In this document: positions 13,888 to 25,760 of the stretch, piece after piece
How positions within the stretch are numbered: position 1 is the stretch's first letter
How the letters are laid out: each line of letters starts with the position of its first letter
Assembly (NCBI RefSeq): GCF_001194135.2
Contig: NC_068991.1
Span: forward strand, 47,652,785-47,716,784
Length of the DNA stretch: 64,000 nucleotides
Reading direction: 5' to 3'
DNA from: Octopus bimaculoides
Taxonomy: Eukaryota
Notes under the pieces: generated by a model
Seen by the model: the letters and a program-made list of their open reading frames with translations, nothing else
Database searches by the model: none
What the model was told of the DNA's origin: nothing
Program-made: the position numbers and the translations under genes

Positions 13888-14110
13888 GTTAACCCTTTCA
13901 ATACCAACCAATCTAAGACTGACTCTGGTTCTATGATACAAATATCCTGTTTTAAAGAGATCTGAATTAAAAACCTTCCATCAAAATTTCATGTTAATTT
14001 ATGTTCCAAATACCAGCTTAGTAATGACAAAGTTATTTCACTAAATATATCATTATTTTAATTGATACAAAGCAGAGTAGTTGAGAGAAATATATTAATG
14101 AAAGAGTTAG
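13888..14110 (+). mobile_element. Short dispersed element with ttaaccctt termini (piggyBac-like MITE); other copies about 4305-4500, 18875-19105 and reversed at 57455-57650
   Basis: Shared taaccctttc(a/g)ataccaacc...aattaaa(a/g)ccttccatcaaaa...tttatgttccaaa...gttattt(c/t)actaaat; TTAA at the end; superfamily assignment is inferred. Confidence 0.6.
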
Positions 14111-15529
14111 ATAAATAAAAAAAATATGAATAAATGGTAATCAACAAGAATCATAACAATAATTGCTAAAATTAAATTGCAATTATGAAAATTGCTGGTT
14201 CTTTAAGTAACATTTTAATGGCTGTGTAAAAACATTTTCAACTTATTTAACTTTTCCTTTTATTCTTTTACTTTCTTTTAGTTGTCAGATTGTGCCCATG
14301 CTGGGGCACAACTTTCAAGGACACTGTTGATTATATATCAACCTCAATACCTATCTGGTATTAATTTTTATCAATCTCGGATGATCAAAGTTGACCTGGG
14401 TGGATCAAGAATTCAGAAACATAAAATAAAAAAAAGAACACAATCAAGTACTATACCAATACTGAAATTCTTTCATCTTTCTAATCTCACACTGTACCAA
14501 TTTTATTAATTCTTCCTTCCATCTAATTCAACACTATAAACCATCTTACAACATCCTGCATCCAAGCAGTTGTAGTTCACCCGAACACTGTATACAATAA
14601 GGTCATTATTATAATTATTCTAAAATTGCTATTTCTAAAATCATTTAATATATAAGTTTTCCTTTTCCATTTAAGAAACGAAATTTTTTTTTGCTTAGTA
14701 ACATGTCTAATTAATACTTAATAATATACTGGTTAATTATCCTGTATTCACTCATTTCTTTATTATATTTACAAGGAATGTACTGCAGTGATAAACTCTC
14801 ATTAAGTCATAGCAGTAATATATTGGGGGTTAAACTGACAGAACTAGTTATTTCACTTATATTGTCACTGCTAATCACCTTGAGGAGCAGATAAATGCCA
14901 CCTATCTATCCCTGAGAAAGGTATGAATGTATAACAATCCCATTTCCTCACTTCTGTAAATATGAAGACTTTGTGCTTCCATAAAGAAATTTTTCTAATT
15001 TAACCAGATGGACTTCCAAAACACGTTGGCACTCATTTAATAATTCCATCCAAGAAACCCATTTTTGAATTTTGGAATATATATTTTTTTTTCTTTTGGA
15101 CATTTGGAAATATAACTTATATTAACACTATTATGTGGACATTAAGAAATCAAAAAACAAAGATGTCAAATGTCAACAATAACAACAATAGTTTTTCCTT
15201 CCCTATATAAATTATTTCTTAAACAATTGAGGAAAAAAACCCCTAGAAAATCCAAAGAAATTTTTTAAAAAAGAGAAAAAAAAAGGGGGGAAGAAGAAAG
15301 AGAGAGGGATAGAACTTGTTTAAGTATAATAGTAATATTATAATAATTACTGTTGTCATTAAATTGTTTTGCTTTTTCAGTTAAATATATTACATGAATG
15401 TCATTATGAGATGGGTATAATTGGTATGGAGGAGTTATTAATTAACAAACACCAGAGTCTGATTATTTAGGTGCGTCTGCTGATAGATGTTGGAAATGTT
15501 GGTCGAATATAGAAACATCTCTTTGTGAA

Positions 15530-15708
15530 TCACATACGTTCGGAAAGCACACATTCATCATTGATTAAAGGCTGTAAAAGGTTATCGGAATTATTGGTGT
15601 CTTTAGCTAAGTATTTTGAAGATTGCGTTACTGAAGTTTTAGCTCGACGGATCGGGTTTCTTGTTTTGCCGTCTTCATCATCGAGTACTAAAGAACTAGG
15701 ACGGTTTT
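15530..15708 (-). CDS. PLEKHD1: Probable terminal coding exon, 179 nt (phase 1 to stop), (K)NRPSSLVLDDEDGKTRNPIRRAKTSVTQSSK...VLSERM*
   Basis: Acceptor gtttctttacag, phase-compatible with exon 45908-46045, open 58-codon frame ending TGA; link across a 30 kb intron is inferred, not proven. Confidence 0.65.
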
Positions 15709-16219
15709 CTGTAAAGAAACATTAGAAACAAATGAATAAATAAGATACAAGGTATATAGAAAAATGAATGCATACTGCAGATATGAAAAGATATAACATG
15801 AATATGTAAAAAACATGATTTTTTGAAGAAAGGTACATGACCAGGATTCTAGAGAATGGGAAATTAAAAGGTGAAGTTATGATTTTGGCTCAGAAAAAAG
15901 TTACAACTTTGGTTAGGAAAAAAGCCATATGCAGGCGTGGCTGTGTGGTAAGAAATATGCTTTCCAACCACATGGTTCTGGATTCAATCCCACAGTGTAG
16001 CACCTTGGGAAAGTGTCTTCTACTATAGCTTTGGACCAACCAATGCCTTGTGAGGGGATTTGGAAGACGAGTTAAAAGAAACTAGTCATGTGTTTTCATT
16101 CAAGATGGAGAACCTACATGGCAGGTTTGATAATTGCTGAGATATCAATCAGCATGAAACTAATGATAGCCTTGTTAATTATAAATATATAAAAAAAGTA
16201 TACACACGCACACATATAA

Positions 16220-16249
<30 letters not shown>

Positions 16250-16250
<1 letters not shown>

Positions 16251-16505
16251 AAGGTGCATGGTCTAGTGGGTAGGCTGTTCAAATCACAATTGCTAGATCA
16301 TGGGTTCGATTTATTGACTGGGTGGTGCATTGTGTAATTGAGCAAAACACTTCATTTCACATTGCTCCAATCAGGGGGAATGTTGACCTGCTTGCCTAGC
16401 CAGTGGGGTGGCATCATTTGAAGGTTAAAACAATGCAAAAGCGCATTGTAACCAGTGATGTGCAACAACATCTGATAGCCTGGTCAGTCACGTGATCATG
16501 TGATA
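16250..16505 (+). mobile_element. tRNA-derived SINE (V-SINE-like head, different tail); reversed copy about 36890-37150
   Basis: gaaggtgcatggtctagtgg... head, ttgagcaaaacacttcatttcac core, tail ...aacatctgatagcctggtcagtcacgtgatcatgtgata. Confidence 0.7.
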
Positions 16506-16809
16506 TATATATAACTGATGAAAGAAACGGAAGATGGATTTAGTACGAATCTTTATTCAGCATGATGATCATTTCGATCCACCCTGCAGCTGCCCCTTAG
16601 GGGTAAGATATTGTGCATCGAGTTGTGTTGCATCAATTAGTGCAGTCTGTGTCACTCCAAGTGCTTGGTGTAAAGAAAGATATCCCACGAGATATACTGA
16701 GTTCTCCTTGGCATGTTGTTCTTGGTTGTTTTATGTGGGTACACTGACATAGAGTAGAATAAGTTTGGGGTTGTAACCCATGAATATACATATTGCCAAT
16801 ATAACATAT

Positions 16810-17150
16810 ATAGTGAAGGCACATGGTTCAGAGGTTAGAGTGTCGAGCTTATGATCATGGAGTTGTGAGTTCGATTCCCGGACCAGGCTGAGTGTTGTGT
16901 TCTTGAGCAAGGCACTTTATTTCATGTTGCTCCAGTTCACTCAGCTCTAGAAATGAGTTGCAATGTCACAGGTGCCAAGCTGTATCAGTCTTTGCTGTTC
17001 CTTTGGATAACATTGGTGGTGTGAAGAGGGGAGACTGGTATGCATGGGCGACTGCTGGTCTTCCACAAACAACCTTCCCTGAACTTGTGCCTCAGAGGGG
17101 AACTTTCTAGGTGCAATCCCATGGTCAGTCATGACCAAAGGGAGTATTTA
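16810..17150 (+). mobile_element. tRNA-derived SINE (V-SINE-like head, third tail type)
   Basis: Head ggcacatggttcagaggttagagtgtcg...gagttcgattcccgg; core ttcttgagcaaggcacttta; tail ...ggtgcaatcccatggtcagtcatgacc. Confidence 0.7.
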
Positions 17151-17207
17151 ACCCTTTAATAACATATATCAGAATAAAAAGCATACTCTGAAGAATAGAA
17201 CAGTAAA

Positions 17208-17329
17208 TATTAAAACAGAGTTAAAGTCTGGTCACAGAGTGATCAATGGTTTCACATCCACAGGGCTGTAGCTTTCGTGGATACGAAACCATTGGTCACT
17301 CTGTGACCAGACTTTAACTTTATGTTTTA

Positions 17330-17332
<3 letters not shown>
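17208..17332. repeat. 125-nt fold-back (about 54-bp arms, 15-nt loop)
   Basis: Arms tattaaaaca-gagttaaagtctggtcacagagtgatcaatggtttcacatccac and reverse complement tattaaaacataaagttaaagtctggtcacagagtgaccaatggtttcgtatccac. Confidence 0.95.
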
Positions 17333-17405
<73 letters not shown>

Positions 17406-17419
17406 GGGGAGTGGTGAAT

Positions 17420-18165
17420 AAACTGTCATCTAAATTACGCAAAAATGAAAATAACACTGACATCTCATTTTAACAGATATATTTATCAAAATTACATAAA
17501 AAAGTATCTTGAAATATTAAAGAGTAAATTTATTCAATGAAATCACCATTGGCTTCAACCATGGCCTCTAGATGATTTCAGAATCTCCTGCAACTCTTCT
17601 GGACAGTCTCCTTGTTTAAGTTGGTGAATGCTGTCATAATCTTTGCCTTCAGTTTATCTTTGGTGTTACAAGGAGTTTTTTTGGTCTCTCGCTCATCTGT
17701 GCCCTACACATAATAATCAAAGGGGTTACAGTTTGGGGAGTTAGGTGGCCAGATGTTAGGGGTGATGTGGTCTGACAGCCATCACTGGGTTCCCTTGCTT
17801 GTGTAGCATGGTGCAAAGTCTTGTAGCCACCCTCTTGACCCAGGGCAACACTACCTCCTCCTGGCACTTGATGTAGGCCTTCATATTGAGTCTGAAGCCA
17901 TGTGGGAAGATGAATGGAGGCATAATGTCACCATCACTAGTGGTCACTCCAAACACCATGATGTTGACCGGATATTTGATTTTTATCTCTCTCGGTACAT
18001 GTCCTCAGACTGACACTCAAACGCACTGAGATGTTTGTATTGGAGCTTCTGGCACGAATGCCAAGCAGTGCAGCATGTTGTTTCCAAATTTCTAGCAGAC
18101 TGAATTGTGTCATGGTCCTGTTTTTCTCACAGACAATATTTTTTACATAATGCCATTACAGACTT
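17420..18165 (-). mobile_element. Internally deleted Tc1/mariner element of maT (DD37D)-like type
   Basis: Broken transposase MVFGVTTSDGDIMPPFIFPHGFRLN..YIKC.EEVVLPW, then WPPNSP-like and NKDELKAKIMTAFTNLN segments; degenerate TIRs. Confidence 0.8.
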
Positions 18166-18189
18166 ATGCAAAAAATCATCTTTAATGTG

Positions 18190-18620
18190 ATTTTTACCAT
18201 GATTTTAATGTGCACTTTTCCATGTTTGCATGGGTTAAATGGAAATCACTGGGGAAAATTTTCTACAGCTGGATGCTCCTCCTGTTGTTAACCCTTGATT
18301 GTTTCTTAAGTAAAGTAATATTTTTTCATGGCCAAACATGTTTTCATGGAAGACTGGACATGAGAGACACTGCTGGTATGATGGTGACATTCATGTACAA
18401 CTGTCACATGACATTAAGAAGAGACACAAATATGCTTACACACACACACACACACACACACAATCTACTTCTTTCAGTTTTTGTCTACCAAATCTACTCA
18501 CAAGGTTTTGGTTGACCCGAGGCCATAGTAGAAGACACTTGACCAAGGTGACACACAGTAGGATTGAATCTGAAACCACATGCCTGGGAAAAAATCGTCT
18601 TAAACACATAGTCATGCCAA
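18190..18620 (-). mobile_element. SINE (head A + RTE-like tail), degraded
   Basis: Homologous to 1700-2110 in reverse; further relics at about 4505-4945, 24480-24900, 31405-31710, 40915-41180. Confidence 0.7.
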
Positions 18621-19854
18621 ACAATGGAACCAAAAAGAAAGTGGTTCTAATCCCACAGGTAACTTCTTGCCTTTTTTATCCCACCCAAAGGCTTTTCGAC
18701 TCTCAATTATAATTATGATTTATGACTGGATTGGCATTCAAGATTCATTGTTTACAGAATATTTACTTTATTAAAGTAGTTTCTATGTGACTTTTTTCTG
18801 TGGCATTTTTTTAGTGAATTTTTTCCCAGTGAATTCAATTAGATAGATTCTATTATTTCAAATAAGTACAAGTTTGTTAACCTTTTTGATACCAACCTAC
18901 TCGAGACTGCCACCAGTTCTATGAGACAAGAGTTATACTTAAAGTGATCTAAATTAAAGCCTTCCATCAAAACTTCATACTAATTTATGTTCCAAACACT
19001 AGTTTAATAAAGACAGTTATTTTACTAAATTCTTTATTATTTTCAAAATTATTTGAAACAAAGCAGTACATTTCAATAAAAAATTTGGTAATAAAAGGAT
19101 TAATTTGATACCTCATTCCCTTTCGCAAGGATTTTTTGTGGCAGTGCATCTTCCTTAAAAAACAAATATGTGTAACATATTCGCTTTTATATCTTTCATT
19201 AACATTCGCAAAAAATTTCAATAATAATAATAATAATAATAGTAATAATAATTAATTCTGTTTTTTTTTTAATAATTAATAATGATAATAATATGTATGA
19301 TTATTTCTTTGTCTGCAGTTAGTGTTATTTCACAGAACTGCTATTACTAATTAGACTTAGAAGATTTAGTTTTAATTATGTAATTTTAGAAGGAAATAGT
19401 TTAGCTTTAAGATTTAGAAAAATTAAAATAATTTAATATTATAATAGTTATTAAAATATGATATTTAACAACAGTTTTAATATGGCTTAATGTAAATTTA
19501 ATTGTTAAGCTCAATAATGAATTAAATAGGAAAAATGTTTGAAGAAAAATGTCAATATGGTTACATAGGAAAGAATTTGCAAGTGTGATGAAAATGCAAT
19601 AAGAACAGTTATTAAGATAATTAAGATAGATATAAAAAAAATTGAAATGTAATGGTTACAATATAATTATTGAGCAATTAATTAATTGGGTAATAAGCTA
19701 TGAGTGATCAAAGAATACATTTATATATTTTAACTTAGTAATGGACATAAAAGAAGGAACACTAAATGAAAATGAAAATTAATTTTTTTTAGAAAATCAG
19801 TTACTTTTTAAAAAATACTTTTTCTTTCTTGTGTGTGTGTGTATATTTGTGTGC

Positions 19855-19917
<63 letters not shown>

Positions 19918-22900
19918 CACACAGATATAAAATGAAAACTATAAAAACAATAAAGTTACAAAAATAAAGCATTTAAAAAGAAATGGAAAATAAATAAATA
20001 AACAGAAATTTTAAAAAATGCAAAATGTGTGAAACAAAATATAATCGTTTCCAACAAATAAGCTGATAGCAATATTCAGTTTAATTTATAAAGAATATAG
20101 AAATAAATAAACAACAGTTAAGAGTTCGCTGAATCCTAAAATTAAGAAATTAAAATTTAAAAAAAACAGAGGAGGAAAAATAGATTTTTAAAGAAAACAT
20201 AAAAAAAAACCCAAAATTTAAATAAATAAATGAAAATATTCCAGTACTATGGTAAATGTATTCTTCATCATCTGTAATTCCATTTTGGTAAAGATTCCAC
20301 TATGGAGAGTTTTAAAAATTAATGGAGATAAAGGAAGGAAAATGCAGTTTCTTGTTGTAGGTGCAGGTATGGCTGCTTGGTTAAGAAGCTCACTTTGCAA
20401 CCAAGAGGTTTCGGGTTCAGTCCCACTGCATGGTACTTTGGATGTATGTATATATATATATATATACACATACATACATACATATGCATGTGTGCTTGGT
20501 TTGCCCCCCTTTCCCATCACTTGAAAATAGGTGTTGGTTTGTTCATGTCCATGCAAGTTAATGGTTTGGTAGTAGAAACTGTACCAGGCTTAAAAAATAA
20601 GTACCGGTTTGATACTGTATTTATTAACCCTAAATGAATGAAGGGCAATGTTGACCTTAGCAGGATTTGAACTAAAAACTTAGAGTATCAGAAGAAATAC
20701 TACAATGCTTTGTATCCAACACTACTGATTCTACAGATTTTCTGCTTTATACATGTGTATGTGTGTGTATATATATGATGGGTTTCTGTTTACCAAATTC
20801 CACTCAGAGAGTATTGGGTAATCTGAGATTATGGCAAAAGACACTTGTTCAAGATTCTATGCAGTGAGATTGAACCTGGAATCATGTAGTTGCAAAGCAA
20901 ACTTCTTAACCATACATACATTATACATCAATGAGATTTGACTGCTATTTCTACCAGAGAGAAGTGATCCTGTTTAGACCCCTTTATTTGTTTATATTCT
21001 TTATGTAATATTTCTAAATGTATGTTGCTATTATTGGTTTTGTTTAGACTAGATTTCAATTCACAGTGTCCTTAAAGCATAGACATGTAGTTGTTTAGCC
21101 ACAGGCCAGTCCTCATTCTACAAACTTATGAATAAAAGCATTTCAGCATGATCATCTTGCTTGTTATTTTAGACACTGTGTCTCTCAGATTACATTATGC
21201 AATGTGTCTTTGATCTTTATGAAGATGGGAGGATAGAAGTTGAGAAAGATTTGGCTGTTATTTCTAGCAGTTCAAGCAGCGTCCATATAGATGTTTCAAC
21301 TACTACTAGTAGTAGTTGCTTAGTTCAGCCTTGATTGAGTGGTTTTTCCAGTTGTGACCATTCCAGCTGTTTTTTGCATGCAAAGTAAATCAAGGACAAC
21401 ATTATCCTGTGTTACCTTAAAAAAAAAAGGTAACACAGGATATATGAGGGAAATTTGGCTGCTATTTCTTGGTAGATTGAGCAATGGTAGTACAGTGTAT
21501 TTTTGATTAAAAGATGTTGCATGGCCATGTATGATTAGAGTATATTGTTAGAATTTAACAAGGTTTACCTTCAACTGAAATGGCTTTCCAAATGCAATGG
21601 TGATGCGTTCCATGCAATGTGTTCATGCATGTAAATAAAGAACTCTTTGGTGGATGTTAGTTGTTAAGTAATTTTAATTTACTGATGATGATTGTAAAGG
21701 CAAGGGCTCTTTATTAATTTTTGTGGATCATGTATGGATTGACTTGAAGAAGAGAGAAGGTGTTCCACCATTTGTTATAACTTAGTTCTAATATGAGAAC
21801 ATCTACACATAAAAATATGAATGAAAATCAAACAATTTCTAGAGTCACTCAGATAGCACTAACAAAAAGGAATACTTGGTTTAATCCACCTTTCAATTTA
21901 CTAGTTACTTTATGTATTGTTAAAAAGCTAAATTTTTTTTACAATCTTTTTACATTTTTGTCCTAACCATAAAAGCAATAAACTATTTAACTTCAATGTC
22001 GATTGAGATACACCTTGTAAACTTTTTACATGGAAAATGCAAAATTGTCAACATAGTTGTTTTTTCCCTGCAGTGTTGGCTCATTTTCTGATGAAGTCCT
22101 CTCATCAGAGAATGCTTCATCCAGTATTTTCAAGATTAATTTTTCTATGCCTGTTTAGATAAAGAAGTCGGTTGTACAGTGCAATGCGATTTATTACATT
22201 CTTCATCTTCCTTCCCCATTTGATTCAAACTTTCTAAGATTTGACTGTAGCAGACCTTCCTTAGTTTATTTCTGCCAAGGGTACTTTCTGATGTCAGCAC
22301 TTGTCCCCTTTTCAACCAGTACTTATTATCCATTTACTTCATGTCCTTATAAACCCTTCATATGTCACCTATGAAAAACAACACTGTAAATCCAATAGAC
22401 AATACTTGACTTGACATTCTGCAAATGTACTTTAGTGATTATTGTTGTTTAACGCTGGACCTGCACTGACTGAGATAAAAGTCACCCTAGCTGTAATCCT
22501 ACCAACATTTTAAATATCTGAGACTACATTATCTGATATTACTTCTCTTTTGTAATATGTTAGGGTGTACTTTATGGGAGGGTTGGCTGCTAATTCTAAC
22601 AGGTTGAACTACAGGTTCCTTTGAATACCCAAATCTAACTTCCATGTACCACTGAACTCTTTACATGTTTTATATAGCTTGAATTCCAGATGGCACCAAC
22701 AAAGGTAATAATAACTTTCTTTTCTTATTGTACTTTCTCCACTATTTCCATCATTAGACATCTCCCTGCTCCCTGTGGTTTTTAAATTGGTGAATACTAG
22801 ACACCTGTATCCAATATTTGAGAATTTTTTTTTTACCTGCTTCCTATAATTAATGAAGAGACAAAATAGAGTCAGCATCCATATAATTCTATTTCCTTCA

Positions 22901-24625
22901 CTATGATGTTGGATAAATTAAGGAGTTCAAAGTAGACTTCATCTTATTAAACACAGTCATTTGTCCATCCCATTTTCAATCCTCACAAGTTATAGCCCCA
23001 CTCCACCCATTAGAAATACAGCCCTAGATAGCAGAAACTAATAATTACCTAATTAACCAACTATCTTAACAGTTCATGAACTTCATTTCTTGGGTGCTCC
23101 TCCTCCTACTAATTACTGATGTACTTCTACCACGTCTGGAGTCCTGGTTTTCTCTGTCAGGCTGACAATGGTTCCACTGTTGCTTTATGCAACTAGTGCT
23201 TGCTTCTGTGTTTACAATATCATGTTCTGACCTACTCCCTTTCTTCATATCAAGCAAGATCAATTTCCAAATGTCACTAGCATATCATGTTCCCTTTAAC
23301 TGACTAGCACTTAGAACTAAAGAACTTTAAATATAGCACCATATTGCATATGAATTAAGGTTTTAAAACAACTTAGAGAGCTGCAATTTGTCAGACAGAT
23401 AATAGTATGACTTTGACAATGAACAAGTAATGAAAATAATGTAAGACATCATACAGCATGTGAATGAATTAACTCTATACCTGCAAACATATTTAGTCTT
23501 ACTGAAAAAGAAATTTGAAGTTAATTTGAGAGATAATACAACCATGAACCAAGAAATTGGTACTATATCTTGATATTTTGTTACTGAGAGATTTATTTAC
23601 TAAATTTCTTTGCTTTTTCACTCCCATTGAAGAATGAGGTCACAAACTGAGTTACAAGCATAAATATGATATTACCAATAAAAAAAATGGATAAGTTTGG
23701 TATTGTTTGAGAAAGCTGCCAATAAACAGTGAGGTACTTAAGATATTGGTTGGGAGATTGAAGACTTAGTGGAAAAGATGGTTATATGGTAAGGAAATGG
23801 ATGAAATGTCACAGGGTGATAATGGAAGAGATGTGATATGTGGTGGATGATGGGACACATGATAGGCTGTGAAGTGCTGGATTATATAGGCTGGTCACAT
23901 GGTACTAGGTTGGCTGTTTAGGCCATCTGAGGTCAGTCATATGGTGGTCATGTGAAGATCATATGAATGTGATCATATGATTATAGTCATGTGCCAGGTG
24001 TTATATTGTGGAGGATCATGTGATAACTTGTTTTATAGCAGGTAATGTGGTTGGCGGTAATCAAGTGATGCCAATCTTGCAATAGCAGTCATATAGAAAG
24101 GAAACAGAGAAGTGATCCATGGAAGGTCCAAAATGGCAACCTGGTAAAAATGCACGAATTGGACAGAAAAGGATTTAACGAAGAAAGAAAATGAGAAGTT
24201 TGCAGACCTAGACAACCCACAGAACTAATAGGAGTAAAAAAAAAAAATAATAGCAATAACAATGTTGCAGGCTGTTGATGCTGATGATGATAATAATTAT
24301 TTCTTACAAAGACACAAGGCCCAAAAATTTGAAAGGAAGAAATAGCAAATTAGACTGACCTTAGTATTTCATTAATTTTAGTGATTATGGAAGGATGAAA
24401 TGCAAAGTTAGCTTCAGTGGGATTTGAGCAAATATTGCATGGCATTTTGTTTGATGCCTTTGGGATTCTGGAGCTTGCCTGAAGTTCGTTTTTCAACTAC
24501 ATAGTTTCAGGTTCAATTTTGCTGCATGGCAACATGTGCAAGTGTCTCCTGCTATATAGCTCCAAGTTCATCGAAATCTTATGAGTGAATTTGGTGAACA
24601 GAAACTGAAAGAAACCTTTTGTGTA

Positions 24626-24661
<36 letters not shown>

Positions 24662-25189
24662 TGAGGGTGAAGCTGTTTGTTTACATTTGTGCACTATGAA
24701 AGTTACTCTCTATGGGTGTAGCTACCACTTCTTCCACCAACAAATCATCTGCACACTAAACACTGGCAAAGACGTGTGAAATCCCTTACTTGAAAAGCAG
24801 GGTATGGATTACTAGTGTCAGAATGGGCATTTGGCCATAAAACAATGCCCAAATAATATATTTATCTAATCCATGCCATCAGGGAAAAATAAACATAAAG
24901 TAAACAAATGAATAATGACAGCATAGACTGGAACAAGGTCAGTCACAAATGTGCAAAAGAGGGGCACAATCAATTGAATTAGTACCAGTTCATGCCTAGT
25001 TCTTACCCATATTGATACAGAGAAGTATGTAAGTCAGTAACTGGTGATGAAATTTGAACCCAGAGCAATGGAATTGAATGATACAAGCTTGGTGAATATA
25101 CTTTCTTTTTCTTTCTTTGGGTCACTGTTACTTTTTTTAATGATAATAATGATGACACACAATACAGATGATAATGTAGATAATAACAA

Positions 25190-25760
25190 TGATGATGGCA
25201 AAGATATTGATAATGATGATGATGATGATGACATTGATGATGGTAGTAGTGGTGGTGATGGTGATATTGATGACAATGCTATTAATGATAATGATATTGG
25301 TGATGATAATGATGATGATGACATTGATGATGGTAGTAGTGGTGGTGATGGTGATATTGATGACAATGCTATTAATGATAATGATATTGGGNNNNNNNNN
25401 NNNNNNNNNNNNNNNNNNNNNNNNNNNNNNNNNNNNNNNNNNNNNNNNNNNNNNNNNNNNNNNNNNNNNNNNNNNNNNNNNNNNNNNNNNNNNNNNNNNN
25501 NNNNNNNNNNNNNNNNNNNNNNNNNNNNNNNNNNNNNNNNNNNNNNNNNNNNNNNNNNNNNNNNNNNNNNNNNNNNNGATGATGATGATGACATTGATGA
25601 TGGTAGTAGTGGTGGTGATGGTGATATTGATGACAATGCTATTAATGATAATGATATTGGTGATGATAATGATGATGATGACATTGATGATGGTAGTAGT
25701 GGTGGTGATGGTGATATTGATGACAATGCTATTAATGATAATGATATTGGGGATGATAAT
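25190..25760. repeat. GAT-rich 90-bp tandem repeat spanning an assembly gap
   Basis: acattgatgatggtagtagtggtggtgatgg... starts at 25231 and 25321 and recurs after the gap; copies are essentially identical. Confidence 0.92.
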
